Position numbers and translations under genes: made by a program. Source: Bugula neritina (lineage: Eukaryota; Animalia; Bryozoa). From it: a stretch of 64,000 nucleotides of DNA. The notes beneath the pieces are model-generated. The model made no database searches, was not told the DNA's origin, and worked only from the letters and a program-made list of their open reading frames with translations. The DNA lies in the NCBI GenBank assembly GCA_964035545.1, contig OZ037765.1, positions 30,627,504-30,691,503 of the forward strand, given 5' to 3'. Positions 54,901-64,000 of the stretch are shown in pieces. Numbering within the stretch: position 1 is the stretch's first letter; each line of letters begins with the position of its first letter.

Positions 54901-57900
54901 GCTTGTATTTCTCACTAATTTTATGCATCTAGTTGGGTGATTTGGTATAGCCTGTTTATAGGTAGATCATCTATATAATTATGTTGATAGTTTTGGCTTA
55001 TTTAGAACTGCATTGTACTGTCAAGTATATGCTGTCCCAGCAATAAATTCCCAACAATTGAGTTGAATAAAGTTTTCAAGTATCTCACTCCGTAGGCAGT
55101 TAAGTATCTCTAGCCGATTCTTAAAGACTTCATTTTTGTTTGTTACTAAGAGCACCTGACACTTTATACTTGAAGTTTAGATACACCTAGAAACTGTGTT
55201 TACTTATATTCTCTACACACATACTTTATAACTCAACAAATGCTGCTGTGAAAAAGAGTTTTCCTTATAATTTGAAGAGCTTTCTATATGGTATAACAGA
55301 ATATTTAATATCACTCAGTAGTCATCAGAAATTCATCGCAGAGTAGCTAAATGTTGTAATATTCGAAAGTTAACAGTTAACTATTTTTTTAACGATTTTG
55401 AATTGTATCCGCGTATTTGTTACATACTTCAACTTGCTGATTATTCTACGAGGTTACGTATATTTGTGGTGTAAAAGGTTCGGGTCATGACATCACTGAG
55501 GAAACCCAAGCAGATCACAATCAGAGGAAATGATGAGAGAGAATACAAGTTCTTGGTGAAAGGAGGAGAGGACCTCCGCCTGGATCAGCGAATACAAACC
55601 GTGTTTACAAACATGAATAAGATGATGGGGATGAGTAGTAGTTGTCAGCACTTGTCTCTCACCACCTACAGTGTTATTCCCATGAACACGAGGCAAGCAT
55701 CACTAAATACTTGTTGGAATATCAACATCAGTTTTCTATTTTTCCATCTTTATAATTTAGGAACTTTACTTTTGTATACTTATTTAAAAACTTTGTTATG
55801 AAGGCTAGTGTTTTGTGTGGTTTCTATAGTTCGATTTTATTTGGCATTAACTCATAAATGGAATAAAAGTTCAAAAAGTTGTTATGTGAAATTTAAGGAT
55901 TACTAATTGCAGATTCATTAAAAATTTAATAGAATGGTTATGACCTTGTTCGACATTGGACCGGGAAGACGTAGACTGCGAGATATTCTCCTGTCTGGGA
56001 ATATCTTAGTTTTATATTGTTGCGTTTGATTAAACAACCATTCATTCTACGTAGATTTGTTACACAAACCAGCAGTTCTTTTAAAAGATTCAGGCTTTTT
56101 CTCATTAGTCAGGATGGTTGATAAAATTTTCGTGTTTATTTTCTAACATTCTAAGGAATTGAGAAAACTGCTAGGTAGTAAATGATCTTTAAACTAAACT
56201 ATTTTGAAACTGTAATGCTTCTAATTCTATATTTTGTACAAAATTAGATTGGGATTAATTGAATGGATGGAAAGCGTGACAACGCTCAAAGATGTTATAC
56301 TGGGCACTTTCACCGAACTGGAGGAAAAGAAGTATGAATCTGCTCGAAATAGATACACAGTAAAATATGCTGAAAAGAGAAATGAGAACAAGCAGGTAGA
56401 ATTGTATTCTGCATTTTCATCAGCTGCTTGCCGGAGTTGGTTCACACAACTGCAAGACGCTTCACCCAATCACGTTTTGAGGTAAGCTGAGCTGTGAACT
56501 ATCAACTTCATACTTAAAAGGGTGAAGTTGTTTTATATAAAAAGTAAATCAAATACTGAAATACTGAAAACATATAACCAGTTGGGAATTAAAGATCATA
56601 GCTTAGCTTATACATTGAGTAGGTAGGTTCTCAGTGCGTGAACTTGGGTGCATGCGTACCAGCTATAAGTACAGTTGTGACGTCTGGCCACACCTGAAGG
56701 TGAATCTGTCTTTCATAGATATGCAGGTGATGCAACTTCCATACTTTTGACGTAGTTTGAAATGTCACCATAGCCTTGGGTCAGTATTGTGGCCTTTAAC
56801 TGTAAACTATATTTTATTCCATCAGCTTTCTGCCTTGTCACTATTTCCAGGCTACTGCAACGTGCAGGTCATTCACCTGAGTGATGTAATTTTGTCCCAC
56901 TTATGTTCAACTGGTTCTTTTTTACCTCAATTTTCTATGATGATTTTAATTTAATTTATTGTCTTCTTATTTTTTAAATAAAACAGTCTTGACTTTGTAA
57001 TAAAAAATTGCGGATGCAAATGTTAGGAGTTTTCTTAGTTTTTAAAAATCAATAAAAGTAACAGGCACTTGTGATAAACATTTAACTTATAAATAAGATT
57101 GTTGTGCAGTTTGTAAAACCTTCAGTATCTGATTTAGGAAGTACTTGTATAGTCTGAGTGCATCTTTGGAGTCGTTCTACCTGCTGAGAGAACAGTGTAT
57201 AACCAGCCATGCCACTCTCTCCATCTGTCACTATCTCCTGGGCATAGGGGATCGTCATCTCTCTAACTTCATGGTCGACACTAACTCTGCTACTATTGTG
57301 GGCATTGACTTTGGACATGCTTTTGGTTCAGCTACTACGGTAAGTGCTGTTGTCGAGGTACATAACGCATATGATGTCATTATGCAATAATATTATATAA
57401 TTAATATAATTATCCTATATTTAGTGATAATATTGTTTTCTAAAAAGTTCTTCAACCGTTTTACCCTAGAGTAAATGCTTACCACAAACTTTTTCTAATC
57501 ACTCCATTTACCTAATTGAATTAGATGTTTGAATCAAGCATTTTGTTCATTTTTTCTTGCTTTTATAGTTACTGTCAATTCCTGAACTGGTGCCGTTCAG
57601 ACTAACCAGGCAGTTCACTGAATTAATGGAACCGTACGGAACACAAGGACTGCTACACCAGACTATGTGTCGTGTCCTTACTGTGATGAAAGAAAATAGA
57701 AGACAACTTCTTAATCTACTTGACATTTTTATTAAAGAGCCCTCTCTTGATTGGATGGTATTAAATTTAGGCTATTTTGTGTATAATGATTCAATCAATT
57801 ACTATAAGTTCAATTTTGTCCATCTTCATTTTAGACTTGTTTACCAAAAAATTTGATAGTACACACTTTCGTGTTGTATATACACATTATTTCTGTTTTT

Positions 57901-58639
57901 TTGTGTGCAAGTGTTTCTATTACAAGCTTTGTATACATGCAGCTGGCATTGAAGTCAAGTTGGTTTGAAACAAAAGCTGTCGTGATGTAATGATTGTGTG
58001 CAAACAAGCACAATTGGGAATTTTGACGTAGGTAATTCAGTCCCGTGGGAATCCGGATTTACCTAAAAGTTTTTTCTAGATCATAGCAGTGCAAGAGTTT
58101 GACATGCATGCGACATGTGGCTTTTTGCATTTGGATTTATCAGTTTTATTGCTTAGTTCATAAGTTTATTTCTGTTGTTTTTTTTTCTAGAAAAATGCGA
58201 AGAAACAATCCAAAAAGGCTGAGTTTGATGATAATTCCACTGATACATTATATTCTGGTAACATCTACAACTTGCCTATCAGCAGAATCATATAAATTTC
58301 TAACCAATTTATTTATAAAAATTTCAAGCAAAATATATTGCTATTTTCGAATTCTTTTTGTTAGATGACTCGGAGAATTGGTACCCTAAAGAGAAAGTGA
58401 AATTTGCTGAGTTGAAGCTATTGGGTGCTCACCCAAGATTTATTACTGCAGAAGAGTTTAAACTGAACAGTCACGCTGCTAAGCAGTTATCCAGTGGCTT
58501 AAAGCATATTCTCCCAGACAGCTCCGTGAACAAGTCTCTCAGACTACCAGTAGAAGAGCAGGTTCTGGCTCTAGTTGATCAGGCTGTAGATGCCAACCTC
58601 CTGGGTAGAATATTCCAAGGCTGGGAGCCTTTTGTTTGA
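1..58639 (+). CDS. PRKDC: DNA-dependent protein kinase catalytic subunit (PIKK family), multi-exon, 5' end outside the window
   Basis: Phase-consistent exon chain traced by eye: 1-90, 813-925, 1264-1365, 1852-1992, 2111-2203, 2627-2791, 3367-3534, 3870-4038, 4272-4420, 4537-4656, 5103-5287, 5644-5818, 6668-6787, 7282-7432, 8071-8180, 8562-8754, 9134-9345, 9966-10067, 10491-10589, 11163-11385, 11961-12063, 12511-12638, 13087-13156, 14319-14506, 15218-15347, 15474-15540, 15781-15998, 16845-17037, 19117-19266, 19563-19702, 20594-20750, 20952-21035, 21286-21350, 22464-22566, 27762-27889, 28385-28604, 29195-29391, 29725-29893, 34973-35035, 35944-36093, 36207-36315, 36677-36789, 37109-37219, 37474-37608, 38334-38485, 38692-38820, 39284-39416, 39966-40072, 40163-40312, 40584-40892, 41376-41586, 42178-42346, 42833-43018, 43656-43771, 44280-44411, 44791-44955, 45416-45612, 46059-46362, 46811-46936, 47151-47312, 47535-47680, 48076-48223, 48964-49108, 49640-49824, 50434-50563, 50657-50826, 51064-51266, 51814-51962, 52750-52868, 53332-53400, 54107-54170, 54449-54594, 55478-55692, 56248-56481, 57138-57339, 57569-57757, 58191-58257, 58365-58639. 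DNA-PKcs-like peptides: [101 protein letters not shown]. Confidence 0.97.
931..1195. repeat. About 19-bp minisatellite (tactactagacagtcagta) starting just after a donor
   Basis: About 13 direct copies. Confidence 0.9.
2195..2420. repeat. 26-bp minisatellite containing the exon 3' end and splice donor (ctcagacag|gtgagtgtgatgtcact)
   Basis: 9 copies of CAG|G at 26-nt spacing from 2203 to 2411. Confidence 0.95.
6830..7105. repeat. Polypyrimidine (CT-rich) low-complexity tract
   Basis: About 275 nt of almost pure C/T. Confidence 0.95.
11611..11826 (-). mobile_element. tRNA-derived SINE, copy 1
   Basis: Minus strand starts GGGAGCAGCCGTGGTCTAGGGGTTAGAGCG (A-box-like) then GGGTTCAAACCC (B box). 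Flanked by a 15-bp TSD tcaaatgggattaaa/tcaaattggattaaa. Homologous to the copies at 27439 and 52491. Confidence 0.9.
12841..12938. repeat. Compound trinucleotide microsatellite (CTA)n(CCA)n(CCG)n(CCA)n(CTA)n
   Basis: Direct reading. Confidence 0.95.
13436..13773. mobile_element. hAT-type MITE, copy 1
   Basis: TIRs catgggtgtccaac / gttggacagccctg, 8-bp TSD ccctgaac/ccctaaac, repeated GGGCCAC subterminal motifs. Confidence 0.85.
18900..19090. repeat. AT-rich about 24-bp tandem repeat
   Basis: tatattatgtattgtatataattg copies ending about 25 nt before an acceptor. Confidence 0.8.
19815..20075. repeat. AT-rich about 29-bp tandem repeat
   Basis: tatatgtctatgcataccatatatatgtt copies. Confidence 0.8.
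23205..23522. repeat. 19-bp minisatellite (agagtatagagtagtacat)
   Basis: About 16 copies. Confidence 0.95.
23721..24018. mobile_element. hAT-type MITE, copy 2 (opposite orientation)
   Basis: TIRs cagggctgtccaac / gttggacaccctgg and a perfect 8-bp TSD gtctaaac. The interior is homologous to 13436-13773. Confidence 0.9.
24546..24705. mobile_element. Palindromic MITE with 9-bp TSD (Mutator-like)
   Basis: Long imperfect TIRs gaattattctataagcagctcggtgttgggggtga / tcactcccaactcggagctgcttataaagcaattc. Flanked by AGGTTTGAA at 24537-24545 and 24706-24714. Confidence 0.8.
25753..25975 (+). mobile_element. Related, diverged tRNA-derived SINE with a different 3' tail
   Basis: tagtggcatagtagttagagc A-box-like head, and ggccattggt...catccaaccataatt shared with the SINE family core. 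Confidence 0.55.
27439..27645 (+). mobile_element. tRNA-derived SINE, copy 2
   Basis: Same family as 11611-11826. 17-bp TSD tttaaagctagctatta/tttaaagctagttatta. Confidence 0.9.
30513..32380 (-). CDS. Nested antisense GT31 beta-1,3-galactosyl/GlcNAc-transferase (Galactosyl_T family), about 418 aa
   Basis: Coding exons 32380-32066, 31931-31708, 31335-31190, 31084-30513 total 1257 nt, with GT-AG introns and consistent phases. Motifs: N-terminal TM anchor, [47 protein letters not shown] (DxD), SKWFVS..YP..GLAY, DDVYVG. Confidence 0.92.
32711..32873 (-). other. Probable 5'-UTR exon of the nested GT31 gene
   Basis: Strong minus-strand donor AAAG|gtaagt at 32710 and tattcag acceptor near 32874. 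The acceptor tattttag precedes the first coding exon at 32450. Confidence 0.4.
34030..34155. repeat. (ATTAGT/ATTACT)n microsatellite
   Basis: Direct reading. Confidence 0.9.
34250..34600 (-). promoter_or_regulatory. Candidate intronic promoter of the nested GT31 gene
   Basis: Locally CpG-enriched patch (34255-34360) in very AT-rich DNA. Two minus-strand CCAAT boxes (ATTGG at 34480 and 34508) and a 10-bp inverted repeat at 34567-34592. Confidence 0.35.
35285..35703. mobile_element. Degenerate MITE with long imperfect TIRs
   Basis: cggagtgttctacatgcagtcg..tatattttccgattggct pairs with agccaatcaaaatata..cgactgcatatagaaaattccg. Confidence 0.6.
36851..36959. mobile_element. Possible piggyBac-type MITE remnant
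   Basis: TTAA|CCCTTTA ... TAAAGGG(G)|GTAA ends. The right TSD is imperfect. Confidence 0.4.
37660..37865. repeat. About 27-28-bp tandem repeat (tatagatgtagattatatatcatgtgat)
   Basis: About 7 copies. Confidence 0.85.
39095..39263. repeat. 18-20-bp minisatellite (gtagttactgtatacact)
   Basis: About 8-9 copies ending about 20 nt upstream of an acceptor. Confidence 0.9.
42178..43018 (+). CDS. PRKDC: PRKDC exons covering the ABCDE autophosphorylation-cluster region
   Basis: [14 protein letters not shown]...[14 protein letters not shown]...TYNWLTQSS corresponds to the human TPMFVETQASQ...RATQQQHDFTLTQ...FDWLTGSS segment (recalled sequence). Confidence 0.85.
43460..43630. repeat. About 16-bp degenerate tandem repeat (cagtgtcagtaattca)
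   Basis: Direct reading. It ends shortly before the acceptor at 43655. Confidence 0.8.
44042..44125. repeat. 16-bp tandem repeat (tatttgtgacacctgc)
   Basis: 4-5 copies. The unit recurs in the acceptor at 44261-44279. Confidence 0.85.
47920..48103. repeat. 44-bp tandem repeat containing the splice acceptor and the first 28 nt of the exon
   Basis: ctag|aattttctacatg at 47943, 47987, 48031 and 48075. Confidence 0.95.
48375..48700. repeat. 21-bp minisatellite (ctacagatatattctaactat)
   Basis: About 15 copies. Confidence 0.95.
49140..49520. repeat. 28-bp minisatellite (actctacacatgacactctacaggttat)
   Basis: About 11-13 copies starting about 30 nt after a donor. Confidence 0.95.
52491..52699 (-). 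mobile_element. tRNA-derived SINE, copy 3 (more diverged)
   Basis: Colinear with copy 1 (tatagtcgctat...gggctaa.gacttattca...gcaattatgactgga...ctctaacc). Confidence 0.85.
54449..57757 (+). CDS. PRKDC: PRKDC PI3K-like kinase domain exons (54449-54594, 55478-55692, 56248-56481, 57138-57339, 57569-57757)
   Basis: Catalytic Lys motif LVKGGEDLR, hinge GLIEW, catalytic loop DRHLSN and DFG are all intact. Confidence 0.97.
55693..56247 (+). other. Non-canonical GC-AG intron in the kinase domain
   Basis: AACACGAG|gcaagc...attag|ATTGGGATTAATTGAATGG restores PMNTR-LGLIEW in frame. No GT is available at the required position. Confidence 0.85.
58365..58639 (+). CDS. PRKDC: PRKDC terminal exon with FATC domain
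   Basis: [31 protein letters not shown]-stop is a typical FATC C-terminus. Confidence 0.95.
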
Positions 58640-58731
58640 ACTAGTTTTTATACTGTAGATGTTTAGTTACTGTCAGCAATTCTGACTCATGTTTCCTTAC
58701 AATCTGTTTCTACTTTACTTACGAATCATGT

Positions 58732-58737
58732 AATAAA
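58732..58737 (+). terminator. Probable polyadenylation signal of PRKDC
   Basis: AATAAA about 90 nt after the stop, followed by T-rich sequence. Confidence 0.6.
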
Positions 58738-58977
58738 AAATTAACAATCCGTCAAGTCTTTTACTAACTTTAATTTTTGAGCAACTGATGAACAGGATAG
58801 AGTGGAGATAGGTGACGATATGAGAAGATGAAGTCTTGTTGCCTCAATATAAATTAGGAAAGTTTGAATCATTATGACATTTTCGTGACCTCGGTGATTT
58901 TTCAATGTCAAGGCACCTTTAGTTCTGAGAGACAGTTAAACCACCGGAATACTATTCTACTATTTTTCATATTATAG

Positions 58978-61900
58978 TTATTGGAATGGAGATAGTGGAT
59001 AGTCAAACAGTTCAATGTCATCCTTAAACATTATCTGTAGCTGTTTAATCATTTTCTCTGGCAGTCCAGTGTAGTAATCTCTGTAATGGCTTTTATACTT
59101 CATCTTGTTTAGTTGCTTATACTCAGGTTGTATACTAAAGTTTAACTGTTTCATTAGATATTCTTCTCCTTTATCCATTTCTTCAAGTTTCACTGTAAAA
59201 TAGAATTATTTCATAGAAATTAGTTTTGCAGAAATATGATAGAGTAAGTATAACACAATATTAAGCAATGTGTAACAGAAAATATATAAATACAAGATCT
59301 TATCATGTTATATTGTTATATATAACTCCAAACAATTAAAATGTTTCATTGTAGTATCTATGTAGCTGACAAATTTCTGTTTATAAATTATCCTGGTAGT
59401 AAGAGCTAGCTGTTAGCTGCAGTCATAGGTTTTATCTGATAGTCAATCAATGGCTACTGTTGAGTAGTTTGAGTTCTCCTGTTCTAATCCAATTCCTCAA
59501 GATAAAAGTTTTATGTTGTATGCTTTGATAGACTAACTTCAACAACCTCTCAAGTATTAGGTGCAATTTTTGGCAAAAATGTTTTCTTGCTACCTATCTG
59601 CCAGCATGGAAATGAAAGCATAAATTAGGGACAGCGGCATGTAAATTATTGATGGTTTTGCTTTGTATGAAGAAAATTATGCGCAACATTTACAACTTAT
59701 TTTTACAATAATTGTTACGCAGTTTATATAATATATATCCTAAAAATTTGCGTATGTGACAGCAGTCAATGTTCTAATTCAAGGTATTGTGCTAAAACAA
59801 TCTTATAGATGGCAGTATGAGCTCTGCTTATAAACAACGCTAATGTGCCATTCTTTCTAAGGGGTCTTACCATTAGAAACAGTTCCTACTGGATATCAGG
59901 TTGGGTTAAATTAAGTTAGAGGTAGATACATATTTGCAATTTTCTGAAGTTGTTTGTACTAAGTTAAAGCACCTAAAACCCAAATCAAATTCTCAAACCA
60001 GCTGTATTACTCCACTTGATAGTATTTACAATTCACCTCTACAGAAAATCGCCTTCAGAACAGATTTTGCATCGTGGAAATACTGCAACACAACTTAAAT
60101 CACTGTAAAGTCTAAACACCTCACCATATGCAGTTAAGAAGCTGAAAGTGCAAAAAATTAAAATATTGTTACATACAAACTATGTTGTAGTCCATAAGAC
60201 AAATTCCACAAGAAGATGTAATTGGGTGAGTGTGGGAATTATACATCACATTCTCTGGTTTCTTCAGAACACAGTCTATGAACTGATGGAATGTAACATT
60301 AGTTAAGCCTTTATAAGCTTTCCAGCCATAACAATACCTCTAAAAAAAAGGCCAAGTAATAGCTGTTAAGTAAGCATACGTGTTAATCTACATTTATAGC
60401 TGGAGACATTTGCAACAAGAATAAAAGTATTCCCGGGCATAGGTTTAACCCAATTATAAAAGTAACATCATTGTATCTGAAGATTTCACTGTGGTGGTAC
60501 AGCACAGGATTTTGTTTTGTATGACATAAAAAGTTGTTGGAATAGCAGTAGCTTCATCAACAACTTTGGTACTCAATCTAAATATTTGGTCAGCTTTTTG
60601 ATGAGGCAAAGATCCATGTCATATCGAATTAACTTTTTGGGTATCAGTCATACAGATGCCGTTACATTATTTTAATACATCCTGGGTGTAGCAATAGTTT
60701 AGGCTAAGATAGGTTATCCATTAAACAAATTGTACGAGTCTTATAACAATAACATATTATGTTCACTTTTTTCAAGATCGTTGATAAAAAAACCTCACAT
60801 GTAAAAGCTGTAGAATAGAAAATAAATAATAGATGTTATAATATGTTATGCACTTCTACCAAATCTCTACTATGTTATTATTAGGTACCGCTATTTTGAG
60901 AAACTGCACATTATATATGTAATAAATTAAAACTTGATTGTTAATGATGGTGTATATAAAACCTAAATAAAGGGGGGAAAATCCTATGCAGTCAAATGGC
61001 TGAACACATGGTTCAAGACACTGATTTGGAGAGATCATTGCTAGAGATGCATAGGGAATCTGAAAGCGCCCTTGATAATTTGAAATTGAAAGCTTGTTTT
61101 AAGGCTTTTTTATTTATATAGCTAGAGTTCACTCATCATAAAATGAAAAACAGAAACATTTACAAAATCCAACTGTAAAAGAATGACGATATGTAAACAC
61201 GCTTATCTTTATCCTTATGATGTCAGCTTTTGAGTCATAACTAGTATGCTGCCTTTCCTTGTGCTAGCACAGGGCTGTCTAACAGGGCTGTCTAACAGGG
61301 CTGTCTAACAGGGCTGTCTAACAGGGCTGTATGTGGCTCTCAGCCTAAACTTATGTGGCCCTCAGAAGCATAACAAATAAACTAATTTGATAGCGTATAT
61401 GAATTAGAGAGGAAAAGAACTTTTTTATTCATAAAAAATTGAAATAACGTAATTGTTGCAAGAGCTTTTTGGTTGTTTGAGGAAAGCTTTTTGTGAAAGC
61501 TTTTGCAATAGCTTTTAACTGGTAGTTTTTGTTTAATGAGTCAGCAACTTAATTTTCTTCTTGTTAAAGATGCAGGCAACTTAAACTTTATTGTTCGAAT
61601 AATTGTAAGTATTATACTATCTTTTGTTTTTAACTTCATTAATTAAAAATTCTGTCAGAACTATAGCTGTGTTGATTAATGTTAATTTAACAAAATGTTT
61701 TTACATTCATGGGCTGCAGTTTGAGTTTTGTGAGAAATATAAACTAATAACATTAAACAAAAGTTAAAGTTTTGTCGTCTGCATCTGTGCAACCAGCATA
61801 CAGCATTCGTGCTATCACAACAAATAGGCGTCAGTGCCACTCAGCACCCGTGCTGACACATTAACCATTATCTTGAGGGGCATCCGTGCTGACATAGTAA

Positions 61901-62887
61901 TTTGAAAAATACTTATGCCGTGGCACCCTCAGCCCAAACTAAATATCCCAAGTTGCCTTCTTTACCAGAATATTCCATTTCAGTGGCCCTCATTATAAAA
62001 ACTAAATTCCAGCGCTTGCATCTTTTATCAACGTACATATAAATGTACCAGCGTAGTAATTTTACGGGCAGTGCTTTCGTATTGTTATAATATTGTAAGG
62101 GTTGTGACCCCCCCCCCCCACCCATGTATATCTGACTGTAAGGAGTTGTGTCACTATGGTATAGCGAAAGGACAGCTCTCTCTGATCAGTATTCTGCTAT
62201 GCTAACGCGTAACGGCTCTCACCTACGCGGCCTGACAATATCTACTTTATACTACGTATGTTAACAAAGGAGGAGACTAGTTAATTAGAGATAACAGCTA
62301 TTGCGCTTGGATCGCCGGCAGTCAGACAGTATAGAATAGCTATAGTTAGGTCGTGTATACTGTCTGCAGTTACATAGCGTGTTTTTATAGTTGTTGTATA
62401 GTTTCACGTTTGTATCTTGCGAATTAAATACTCTACTTTAACTTGGTGGTGTTGCATTACTTTAAATACCCAAACAATTAGTGAATGCACAGTTTCGCAA
62501 CAATATGCCTTGCACTTAAAATAATAAAGTGTTAAAACTATTAGATATAAAGTTCCCGTTATATTAAGATTACAGATTATTCAACTATTTGATATGGGAA
62601 CGGGGCAAATTTAAATCAAATAGAAAAGATGTACTGCAGGTATCAGAGTCTGTTAAAAAAGAATCAAAAGAAAGGTCTACAAGTAAAATATTTACATATA
62701 GTATTTTACCTTCAATTCTATCTTCAGTATTACAATTTTATTTTGGTAGGCAGATAAAAGTCTGGCCCAAGGATTACGGACTATGATCAACCTGTGTTCT
62801 GGCCGGTATGTCTCTAAAAACCTACTGCTGTTTCCCTTATAATCTTTTTGTACAGTACTATGAGCTCCTAAAATCTTGACAGCAGCT
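58978..62887 (-). CDS. Carbohydrate sulfotransferase (Sulfotransfer_2 / CHST8-14-like), 3' exons
   Basis: Exons 62887-62710, 60339-60177, 59192-58978 join in frame: IIVRNPWARLLSAYQNK (3'-PB motif), VTFHQFIDCV, SCGICLMDYNIVLKLEEM, YYTGLP...FKDDIELFDYP. The 5' exons are unresolved. Confidence 0.85.
61270..61995. mobile_element. Longer, degenerate member of the same hAT family with a tandemly amplified left TIR
   Basis: (cagggctgtctaa) x4-5 then atgtggccctcagaagcataac. Near 61970, aatattccatttcagtggccctc is identical to copy 2. Confidence 0.6.
62094..62502 (+). mobile_element. Solo LTR (Gypsy-like)
   Basis: 409-bp, relatively GC/CpG-rich block with TGT...ACA ends, a 4-bp TSD ATAT on both sides and an internal ATTAAA near 62423. 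Confidence 0.7.
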
Positions 62888-63788
62888 CTAAAAAAAGGAT
62901 TCATTCTTTAATATAATATGCTCTTATTTATTCATTGCACCACATAGCACGTCAGCACTCTCAACATCAAGTAAGTAAAGGTTTATATGGCTAAACAAAA
63001 TTAAATTTTGCATCATCTAAATTCAGTGGCCAAAGTTAGAAGGTAGATCCACCAGTTTTTTTATGAGGTACCTTAAACTTAACCTACACCCCCCCCCTCC
63101 CCCCTAACTTTCCATGGCATTCAGTGGTGCATATGAAATTAGAGATTAGATGTTGGATGATTTGACATCAAGCTGCTGATGAGGCTTCATGGGGGGGAGG
63201 GGGGTCAAAACACACAGTTATTATAGCCATTAACTTTATTAGCTTAGCAAATAACATTTTTGGAGTGTTATTTATGCATGCTTCATTTATGCAGCTGTAA
63301 AGTTTATTACAAACAATTTTCAACAAATGTGCATCAATATAATAGGTTATTTTTCATATAAAATCCTCAACAATAACCTGATTTATGCTTTTACACATAA
63401 GACACTGGTGAGATCATATTTATGTATGGGTAATAAAACTTTTAACAATAAAGTAAACATGCAACATCAAATTTTAATTATCTTTTGTGTGTTTTAGTTA
63501 TTAAATTTTATTTACATTTATTCTTTATGCACCAATGACTACAAACAAGCTGTCAAAGCAGGCAATGCTTACATTTAAAAAACATCTTACATATAGCGTG
63601 GACATCACTATTCTAAAGTAATTCTTATAGTGCTGCCCTCAATGTTGATAATATAAACATATATGTTTACTTTCTTTTTGCAATCTCCCCCACTGTATAG
63701 TATATAGAATATTGTTTGAAATTTATTTAGCTGTTGTAAAGAGTCTAGACATAGTATTAGATGCAAACTAAGTAGACTACTTGCATAC

Positions 63789-63910
63789 CGTATTGCAATG
63801 CAGGACTTAATTGAGTTGTAGGTCTCAATAGTTAAGAAAAACTTTTACAATTTGATTGGAGGCTGGTGGTACTTGAAGAGATGCTCAACGTCTTTACAGT
63901 TTTCACTAAG
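63789..63910 (-). pseudogene. Putative upstream sulfotransferase exon containing an in-frame stop
   Basis: Bounded by gttttag and |gtatgc. It reads LSENCKDVEHLFKYHQPPIKL*KFFLTIETYNSIKSCIAIR, and all three frames contain a stop. Confidence 0.3.
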
Positions 63911-64000
63911 CTAAAACATTTAAATGTGTTCAGTTTTCTTTATATACTGCCCCACAAATGAGTACAAATTAAGGACTTTATATATAAACCTGTATATGTT

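Noticed and set aside
9111-55696. Minus-strand ORFs overlapping PRKDC exons (9111-9338, 11112-11456, 38330-38590, 40534-40746, 41355-41579, 42174-42500, 55493-55696)
   Set aside because: Antisense shadows of coding exons with no recognisable motifs.
55487-58639. Assignment to mTOR, ATM, ATR or SMG1
   Set aside because: DNA-PKcs-specific motifs ([31 protein letters not shown]) and N-terminal similarity identify PRKDC.

Overview
AT-rich metazoan (invertebrate-like) genomic DNA, not prokaryotic. Most of the window (1-58639, + strand) is a 5'-truncated DNA-dependent protein kinase catalytic subunit gene (PRKDC/DNA-PKcs). I traced 78 phase-consistent exons (about 11.7 kb CDS, about 3,890 aa) through the HEAT/M-HEAT, ABCDE, FAT, PI3K-like kinase and FATC regions, including one GC-AG intron. 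An intact four-coding-exon GT31 beta-1,3-glycosyltransferase gene is nested antisense in the 5-kb intron 29894-34972 and unusually has a hydrophobic segment at both ends. A carbohydrate sulfotransferase (Sulfotransfer_2/CHST-like) gene lies tail-to-tail on the - strand at the right end, with an unresolved and possibly damaged 5' part. Introns carry tRNA-derived SINEs with TSDs, hAT- and Mutator-type MITEs, a solo LTR and many minisatellites. The most unusual signals are: (i) minisatellites built from or spanning the splice junctions themselves, giving arrays of decoy donors or acceptors; (ii) a recurrent sense-strand intronic motif GGAGTTATCTY, often near exons; (iii) loss of several S/T-Q autophosphorylation sites in DNA-PKcs; (iv) possible decayed antisense gene relics in other large introns. 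All coordinates were read by eye and may be off by a few bases. Comparisons to human PRKDC are from memory, not from an alignment run.
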